From the NCBI RefSeq assembly GCF_003428155.1, contig NZ_QLIR01000001.1, positions 180,001 through 212,000 on the forward strand: 32,000 bases of DNA. The letters run 5' to 3'. The notes under the pieces are model-generated. The model saw nothing but the letters and a program-made list of their open reading frames with translations. It was not told the DNA's origin and made no database searches. Origin of the DNA: Fastidiosibacter lacustris. Its GTDB lineage: Bacteria; Pseudomonadota; Gammaproteobacteria; Francisellales; Francisellaceae. A program made the translations under genes and the position numbers. Shown here one piece after another: positions 26,181 through 32,000 of this stretch (positions are counted from its first letter, which is position 1; each line of letters opens with the position of its first letter).

Positions 26181-28793
26181 TTAACCTTGGGTCATATTGT
26201 CTAACAAGCTTTTTAAACTGTACAAAGTGCTCATTGCTTCAATCGGCGTTATTTTATTTGGATCAATCGACTCTAGTATATCAATCAGCTCTTTATAGTG
26301 AGACTCACGTTGAGTATTTTGATTTTCTGGTATCGGTATTATTGTAAAATCAAAACTTTGTTGAGTTGGAGCATAAGGATCGGTATCTCGCGCTTCAAGG
26401 CGTTTTAGGATGCTTTTAGCATTGTTTAAGACATCTTGTGGCACTCCTGCAAGTTTTGCAACTTGTATCCCATAGCTTTTTAAAGCCGCCCCTTCTTTGG
26501 CGTGATGTAAAAAGACAATATTATCGCGATATTCAGTTGCCTCAAAGTGAATATTTTCAACGTTGCTGTATTGTGCTGCTAGATGCGTTAATTCAAAATA
26601 ATGTGTAGCAAATAGCGTGTAAGCTTTAATTTTAATAAGTTTTTCTGCACAAGCCATTGCCAATGCCAACCCATCAAATGTGCTCGTACCTCGACCTACT
26701 TCATCCATAAGCACTAGGCTTTTATCACTAGCATTGCGTAAAATATGCGCACACTCTGTCATTTCAACCATAAAAGTAGAACGTCCAGAACTAATATCAT
26801 CAGCCGCTCCTATACGTGTGAAAATTGCGTCAATTTCACCAATTTGAGCCATTTTGGCAGGCACAAACGAACCAATATGTGCTAAAAAGACAATGTGTGC
26901 AATTTGGCGCATATAAGTGGATTTACCACCCATGTTGGGCCCCGTGATAATTTGTAGATGCTTGTGCTCATCTAATTGACTATCATTGGCGATAAAGGGT
27001 TGGTTGGAAAGTTGTTCAATAACCAAATGTCTACCTTCTTCGATTTTGATGCCTAGATTATTTGAAAGTATAGGACAGTTTAATTTTAAGCTTATAGCAC
27101 GCTCAGCAAGATTGGTTAAAACATCAAGTTGTGCAATAGACTTTGCTGTTTGTTGTAATAGTGTATATTGCTCTAATATCTTTTGTAATAGCCTTTGATA
27201 AAGGTGTTTTTCATATGTCAATGCTTTTTCGTTACTGCTTAGAATTTTATCTTCAAAGGCTTTAAGTTCAGGTGTAATATAACGTTCAGCATTTTTTAAG
27301 GTTTGTCTCCTAGTGTATTCATCTGGTAGCTGAATGCTATGAGTTTTAGAGATTTCGATATAATAACCATGGACTTTATTAAAGTTTACTTTAAGACTGT
27401 TAATTCCTGTGCGCTTGCGTTCTTGTTGCTCAAGTTTCATGAGATAAGAACCTGCATTCCTATTAATATTTCTAAGCTCATCAAGTTCAGGATCAAATCC
27501 TTCTTTGATCACACCTCCATCGCGAATCGTAACAGGGGGATCATCGATAAGTGCATCATTTAAAAGTGTAACAAGTTCAGGTAATAAGCTTAGCTGATTA
27601 GCAAGTTTTATAAGACATGGATCTTGTTGTGTTGATTTAATAATAGATTGTAATTTTGGCAAGATGCTTAATGTGTGACGCAGCGCAATTAAGTCTTTTG
27701 GTTTACAAGTGTTAAGTGCTATGCGTGAGGCAATTCGCTCAATATCTTGAGTTTGACTTAACTGAGCTTGAATGCCCTCAATAGCATTTGCTGCCATTAA
27801 ATCTTTAATTGCGGCTTGCCTTATTTTGAGTAAGGCTTGATCACGTGTAGGTGATTTAAACCATTGCTTTAATAAACGATTACCCAGTGCAGTTCTACAT
27901 TTATTCATAGTTGCAAAGAGCGTATGCGACTGTTTGCCAGAGAGTGAACTATCAAGTTCAAGGTTTTTGCGAGTTGACGCATCAACGTTTAAGAGTTTGT
28001 CATTTTCTTCAATTGAAATACTTTGCAGATGTTTGGGTGTAGCTTTTTGTGTGATCTCAAGGTAGTGTAAAAGTCCACCAGCTGCACAAATCGCAAGGTG
28101 GAGCTTGGCTAATTCATCAGTAAGTGTATTTTGACCAAAATAGCCTTGGATGAGTTTTTTAGCACTCATTAATTGAAATTCCCATTGTGGGCGCGCTTGA
28201 ATGGAAATATCTTCATTGGTAAATAAGTTACGTAGATCACTGGCAAATTCATCTATCACAAGTATTTCTTTAGCTTTTAAACGCGATACTTGATCTAATA
28301 TTGCTGTGGGTTGTTGAGGAAACTCTAACAAGTGAATTTCACCTTGTGTATACTCAAGATATGCGATCCCAATACGACTCTTGTTTTGAAAGATAGCCAT
28401 AAGGACATTATTATCATAACTATCAATAAAGCTTTCTTCTGAAACGGTTCCTGGCGTTATAACACGAACAACTTCGCGTGCAACAGGACCTTTACCATTG
28501 ACATCGCCTATTTGCTCACAAATAGCAATGCTTAAACCTTGTTTGATTAAGCGCGATAAGTAATTTTCAGCCGCGTGATGTGGCACACCTGCCATCGCAA
28601 TGGACTCACCATTGGATTTCCCACGCGTGGTTAGACTAATATCTAAAAGTTTTGCTGCTTTATGTGCATCTTCATAAAATAATTCATAGAAGTCACCCAT
28701 GCGATAAAACAAAAGCGTATTAGGATATTGTGATTTAATATGCAAATACTGTTGCATCATTGGAGTGTGTAATGATTCTGCGGGTGCGGACAT
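26181..28793 (-). CDS. mutS: DNA mismatch repair protein MutS
   Basis: 870 aa. It has [11 protein letters not shown], the mismatch-binding GDFYELF, Walker [14 protein letters not shown] and the STF(M)xEM motif. Confidence 0.97.
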   Translation of the reverse strand: MSAPAESLHTPMMQQYLHIKSQYPNTLLFYRMGDFYELFYEDAHKAAKLLDISLTTRGKSNGESIAMAGVPHHAAENYLSRLIKQGLSIAICEQIGDVNGKGPVAREVVRVITPGTVSEESFIDSYDNNVLMAIFQNKSRIGIAYLEYTQGEIHLLEFPQQPTAILDQVSRLKAKEILVIDEFASDLRNLFTNEDISIQARPQWEFQLMSAKKLIQGYFGQNTLTDELAKLHLAICAAGGLLHYLEITQKATPKHLQSISIEENDKLLNVDASTRKNLELDSSLSGKQSHTLFATMNKCRTALGNRLLKQWFKSPTRDQALLKIRQAAIKDLMAANAIEGIQAQLSQTQDIERIASRIALNTCKPKDLIALRHTLSILPKLQSIIKSTQQDPCLIKLANQLSLLPELVTLLNDALIDDPPVTIRDGGVIKEGFDPELDELRNINRNAGSYLMKLEQQERKRTGINSLKVNFNKVHGYYIEISKTHSIQLPDEYTRRQTLKNAERYITPELKAFEDKILSSNEKALTYEKHLYQRLLQKILEQYTLLQQTAKSIAQLDVLTNLAERAISLKLNCPILSNNLGIKIEEGRHLVIEQLSNQPFIANDSQLDEHKHLQIITGPNMGGKSTYMRQIAHIVFLAHIGSFVPAKMAQIGEIDAIFTRIGAADDISSGRSTFMVEMTECAHILRNASDKSLVLMDEVGRGTSTFDGLALAMACAEKLIKIKAYTLFATHYFELTHLAAQYSNVENIHFEATEYRDNIVFLHHAKEGAALKSYGIQVAKLAGVPQDVLNNAKSILKRLEARDTDPYAPTQQSFDFTIIPIPENQNTQRESHYKELIDILESIDPNKITPIEAMSTLYSLKSLLDNMTQG

Positions 28794-28886
28794 AGCTCTT
28801 AAATATTGACTGAGTTTATTAGCAATTATAACGAGTTTTATTGTAAGCTTATACTCTTTGTTCTTAGTTATCTGTGATAATTTGCA

Positions 28887-29185
28887 TCAACCATTTTTAT
28901 TTTTGTTGAGTAAAGCATATTCAGCTAATGGCGCGCCATTTCGATCATAAATAATGCCCATGTATTATCTAAATCAATCATGCGATTACTTTCATTTTGA
29001 CCATACTCAATGAGAAAGGCTCGATCATGAGTTTCTAAATAAAATAAACGGTAGATGAGCACAAAAAACACGATCAGAATGAATAAAAAAGTAAAAACAA
29101 AGCGCCAAAAATGCTTGCGTTTTTTTGTCTTGTTGATGATTATTTTTGATTTAGATGAAATCTTCTTATAAGATGTATGCTGCAT
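28887..29185 (-). pseudogene. 5' fragment of a PBP2-type penicillin-binding protein gene (mrdA-like), frameshifted and truncated
   Basis: The 86-aa ORF has a TM anchor (FVFTFLFILIVFFVLIYRLFYL) and then ...QNESNRMIDLDNT. One frame over, the sequence continues GIIYDRNGAPLAE, which is the conserved RGxIxDRNGxxLA motif. The shift is at about 28958-28962, and a stop at 28887-28889 follows. No transpeptidase domain is present. Confidence 0.7.
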
Positions 29186-29393
29186 TCGGCATTTTATAGT
29201 TGTAAATTTATACTACTAGTAGTAAGTGTAGCGAAATCTGGCTAAGAGTGTCATTATAGTTTTGATTATATACCAAACAATTTCTGGTTATCCAAGCAGT
29301 AAAATAAATAAACGCGTGGGTTGGCAATTGCCTTTTGCAGCCATTATTGGTATACATAACCTAACTTATTTTAAGAAACATTATTTTAGATTT

Positions 29394-30596
29394 ATGCGTA
29401 ATCATATTGAACAAACTTTAGAAATAATTAAGCGTGGCGCCGATGAGGTCTTGGTTGAAGAAGATTTAATTGAGAAATTAAAGCAAAATAGACCACTTAT
29501 CGTAAAATTTGGTTGCGACCCAACAGCTCCTGATATCCATCTAGGGCATACCGTTGTGATCAACAAACTACGTCAGTTACAAGATTTAGGACATGAAATA
29601 CACTTTTTAATTGGCAATTTCACGGCACAAATCGGAGATCCAACGGGAAAGAATACGACTCGACCACCACTTAGTGCCAAAGAAGTAGAAGAAAATGCCA
29701 AAACTTATCAGACACAGATTTTTAAGATCCTGGATAAGGAAAAAACAGTTGTTAAGCGTAATGGTGATTGGTTTAATAATATGAGTGCGAGTGATATGAT
29801 CAAACTTGCCTCTAAACAAACAGTTGCAAGAATGCTTGAGCGCGATGATTTTTCTAAACGTTATAAATCAGGTCAAACCATTGCGATTCATGAATTTTTA
29901 TATCCCCTTGTTCAAGGTTATGATTCTGTTGCAATGCACGCGGACATTGAGTTAGGTGGAACTGACCAAAAATTTAATTTGTTGATGGGACGAGAATTAC
30001 AAAAGCAAGCAAATCAGCCACCACAAATCATTATTACTATGCCATTGTTAGAAGGTTTAGATGGTGTTAAAAAAATGTCTAAATCTGCTAACAATTACAT
30101 TGGTATTGAAGAGTCTGCACAAGAGATGTGTGGTAAAATCATGTCAATTTCAGATGAGCTGATGTGGCGTTATTACGAGCTTTTAAGTTTTAAACCAATG
30201 GCAGAAATAAACGCACTAAAACAAGCTGTTCAAAATGGTCAAAACCCACGTGATGTTAAAATTGAGCTCGCAAAAGAAATTATTGCACGTTTCCGTAGTG
30301 AAGAAGAAGCCAATAGAGCGCATCAGGACTTTATTGACCGCTTCCAAAAAAATCAAATTCCAGATAATATTCCTGAAGAAACCATTACTATCGCTCAAGA
30401 CAGAATACCAATTGCCAACCTTCTGAAACTTGTAGGTCTTGTATCTAGTACATCGGAAGCCATTCGCATGATCAAGCAAGGTGCTGTCAAAATAAATGGT
30501 GATAGAATTGATGATACTCAGTTGGTATTAAAGCAACAAACCTCAGATATTTATCAAGTTGGGAAAAGAAAGTTTGCTAAGATTAACTTGATATAA
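29394..30596 (+). CDS. tyrS: tyrosine--tRNA ligase (type 2, TyrZ-like) with C-terminal S4 domain
   Basis: From ATG 29394: [19 protein letters not shown].... It has HIGH as DIHLGH, KMSKS as KKMSKS, and a C-terminal [22 protein letters not shown]4 motif. The ORF-track start at 29262 adds 44 residues that are not synthetase-like. Confidence 0.95.
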   Translation: MRNHIEQTLEIIKRGADEVLVEEDLIEKLKQNRPLIVKFGCDPTAPDIHLGHTVVINKLRQLQDLGHEIHFLIGNFTAQIGDPTGKNTTRPPLSAKEVEENAKTYQTQIFKILDKEKTVVKRNGDWFNNMSASDMIKLASKQTVARMLERDDFSKRYKSGQTIAIHEFLYPLVQGYDSVAMHADIELGGTDQKFNLLMGRELQKQANQPPQIIITMPLLEGLDGVKKMSKSANNYIGIEESAQEMCGKIMSISDELMWRYYELLSFKPMAEINALKQAVQNGQNPRDVKIELAKEIIARFRSEEEANRAHQDFIDRFQKNQIPDNIPEETITIAQDRIPIANLLKLVGLVSSTSEAIRMIKQGAVKINGDRIDDTQLVLKQQTSDIYQVGKRKFAKINLI

Positions 30597-30615
30597 AAGG
30601 GGTATAGGAGAAAAT

Positions 30616-30813
30616 ATGGAAAAGTTTATTCAGGAAGTGCTAGTTGTTTTTATTGCAATAACGGCAATCGTTGTGTTATTTCACGTTTTTATTTTTTTAT
30701 TTTGGATATTGCTTTTTGCGATAGCTATTACGATTGTTTATCGCATTATTAAATTTATTGTTAATCTGTTCCTACCTAAAAAGAATAATGTGATTGAGCA
30801 CGAAGATTTGTAG
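30616..30813 (+). CDS. small hypothetical membrane protein (2 predicted TM helices)
   Basis: 65 aa. AGGAG lies 5-6 nt upstream of the ATG. It has two hydrophobic stretches (VLVVFIAITAIVVLF and ILLFAIAITIVY). No family is recognised. Confidence 0.55.
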   Translation: MEKFIQEVLVVFIAITAIVVLFHVFIFLFWILLFAIAITIVYRIIKFIVNLFLPKKNNVIEHEDL

Positions 30814-30828
30814 GTATTACAGACGAAT

Positions 30829-31464
30829 ATGTGCTTTAAAATGATGGCTTCTTTGAAACACCTAATTGGGGCATTTTCATTGGTGATGTTTATGAGCAGT
30901 TGTTCAGAGCAGCGGCAACCTCAAATTAGTAAAAAAGATTTGCAAAGTGGTGAATATGCTCACGAGCTGCGTGCGCATTTGGATGTAAGAGTTGAACAGT
31001 TACAACTTTTATTTAGTAGTAAGAGAATTCTTCAAACTTTAGAATATGCAAATCAGCATTTATCAGAAGAGGGGTTCTTATCCCCAGTGCATTATCAAGC
31101 CTTAGATCAAGATATGCAAAAGTCTCGTGATACCTATAATGTTCAATTGCTTCTTTACAATGCTTGTGCGATTAAAATAAAGCAGTTTCAGGCAGAGCAT
31201 CCAGCCTTTGCTGAAATTTTTATAACGAATTTAGTTGGGATGAACGTTTGTCAAACAAACATGACCACAGATTTTTATCAGGCAGATGAAGATTGGTGGA
31301 AAAATAGCTATAACAATGGCAAAGGCAAGTTGTTATACGGTGAAATTGAATATGATACTAGTGCTGCTGAAATTGTAGTGCCTATTTACATGCCAATTTA
31401 TGATTCTCATATACTTATTGGTATTGCTAAAGTGTTGGTATCGGTGAATAGTATTTATAACTAA
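30829..31464 (+). CDS. putative lipoprotein with Cache/PDC-like sensory fold and no output domain
   Basis: The signal is ...SLKHLIGAFSLVMFMSSC-SE (lipobox-like MSSC). The C-terminal half ITNLVGMNVCQTNMTTDFYQADEDWWKNSYNNGKGKLLYGEIEYDTSAAEIVVPIYMPIYD..ILIGIAKV resembles the periplasmic Cache domains of kinases and cyclases (DY.QGDE.WW..A...GKG..Y.....YDES). The start codon is uncertain (30829, 30841 or 30844). Confidence 0.6.
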   Translation: MCFKMMASLKHLIGAFSLVMFMSSCSEQRQPQISKKDLQSGEYAHELRAHLDVRVEQLQLLFSSKRILQTLEYANQHLSEEGFLSPVHYQALDQDMQKSRDTYNVQLLLYNACAIKIKQFQAEHPAFAEIFITNLVGMNVCQTNMTTDFYQADEDWWKNSYNNGKGKLLYGEIEYDTSAAEIVVPIYMPIYDSHILIGIAKVLVSVNSIYN

Positions 31465-31588
31465 TATCAATATTGTTGCATCTTCATATTGATACAAAGT
31501 TGCAAATTTTCTTTGTCACACCGTAAAAGGAATGTTATGTTAGACGCACAGTTTTTGCTGTTTTTTTTTGAAGGATTAATATTCTTTT

Positions 31589-32000
31589 ATGCAATTAGCA
31601 ACACGATATGGTCAGTTTGGTGGCTGTTATGCTCCTGAAAGCTTAATTCCGACGTTAACTGAGATTGAACAAGGTTTTATCGAAATTCAAAAGGATCAAA
31701 CTTTTCAAGATGAGCTTCAACGTATGTTACGTGATTATGCTGGACGTGAAACGCCCATTACTTTTATGCGTAATCTTTCTTCTGAATATAATATTCATCT
31801 GTATTTAAAGCGCGAGGATTTATTGCATGGTGGCGCCCATAAAACCAATAATACAATTGGTCAGATGCTGTTAGCAAAATATTTAGGCAAAAAACGGGTC
31901 ATTGCCGAGACTGGAGCTGGGCAACATGGTGTAGCAACAGCTATGACAGGAGCGATGCTAGGTCTTGATGTTGAAATCTATATGGGTGCGGTTGATATTG
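31589..32000 (+). CDS. trpB: tryptophan synthase beta chain, 3' end off-window
   Basis: It is absent from the ORF track because it runs off the window. The translation MQLATRYGQFGGCYAPESLIPTL...YAGRETPITF...YLKREDLLHGGAHKTNNTIGQ...AETGAGQHGVATA matches TrpB, including the PLP-binding lysine. An in-frame TAA at 31577 excludes a longer N-terminus. Confidence 0.93.
   Translation, partial: MQLATRYGQFGGCYAPESLIPTLTEIEQGFIEIQKDQTFQDELQRMLRDYAGRETPITFMRNLSSEYNIHLYLKREDLLHGGAHKTNNTIGQMLLAKYLGKKRVIAETGAGQHGVATAMTGAMLGLDVEIYMGAVDI

Noticed and set aside
29262-29393. Long N-terminal extensions in the ORF track for tyrS. Similar extensions occur for ppk2 (to 2445), the lipoprotein (to 13729), pcs (to 19819), the NmrA-like gene (to 23180), tetR (to 23978), mdh (from 25124) and waaA (from 3453).
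   Set aside because: The extensions have no similarity to the respective families and often start at non-ATG codons. Internal ATGs give family-typical N-termini, several of them with clear GGAG-type Shine-Dalgarno sequences or stop/start overlaps.
31545-31570. A T9 run preceded by ACAG-tttttg-CTGT, considered as a rho-independent terminator after the Cache-like lipoprotein gene.
   Set aside because: The stem is only 4 bp and AT-poor in stability terms. It does not meet a reasonable terminator standard. More generally, I found no convincing canonical terminators in this window.
31537-31638. A 33-codon upstream ORF (MLDAQFLLFFFEGLIFFYAISNTIWSVWWLLCS) with a good AAGGAA Shine-Dalgarno and three Trp codons, overlapping the trpB start. 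It looked like a Trp-sensing leader peptide.
   Set aside because: The Trp codons lie inside trpB in a shifted frame. They arise automatically from the conserved Y-GQFGG coding string (taT GGt ... ttT GGt ggT GGc). The T-run precedes rather than follows them, and I cannot draw alternative hairpins, so there is no attenuator architecture. Ribo-seq could revisit this.

Overview
AT-rich (roughly 36-38% G+C by eye) gammaproteobacterial chromosomal segment. Protein similarities suggest a host-associated or aquatic lineage near Francisellaceae/Legionellales, but that taxon call is inference only. I count about 28 intact protein genes and one tRNA, with no rRNA and no CRISPR. Most of the window is housekeeping: yhbY (partial), hemB, tRNA-Ile2(CAU), ppk2, and an LPS inner-core operon hldD-waaA-ispA-(Zn-ribbon)-waaF with overlapping stop/start codons. 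It continues with an AroQ-gamma-like chorismate mutase, epmB/efp-orn, a DtpC/D-type POT permease, tcdA, argS, pcs plus a PMI-type cupin, TauE, ppa, mdh, mutS, tyrS and trpB (partial). Three things are accessory or unusual. (i) A 1,278-aa orphan lipoprotein (9821-13657) built from beta-sandwich-like modules, including four C-terminal PKD/Ig-like repeats, preceded by 0.5 kb of gene-free DNA. (ii) A G+C-richer islet between ppa and mdh holding a TetR regulator and an NmrA-type reductase, with a consensus-like promoter overlapped by a 30-bp perfect palindrome. Two degraded IS transposase relics bracket this islet. (iii) At least five gene relics (PAS, IS5-like, IS481-like, an unidentified 3' fragment, and an mrdA/PBP2 5' fragment), which suggests ongoing gene decay. 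I do not see a convincing multi-gene novel system such as a defence, secretion or biosynthetic cluster. The best follow-up candidates are the giant lipoprotein, the TetR/NmrA module with its operator, and the small Zn-ribbon gene translationally coupled to waaF. Several ORF-track starts are over-extended, and corrected starts are given below.
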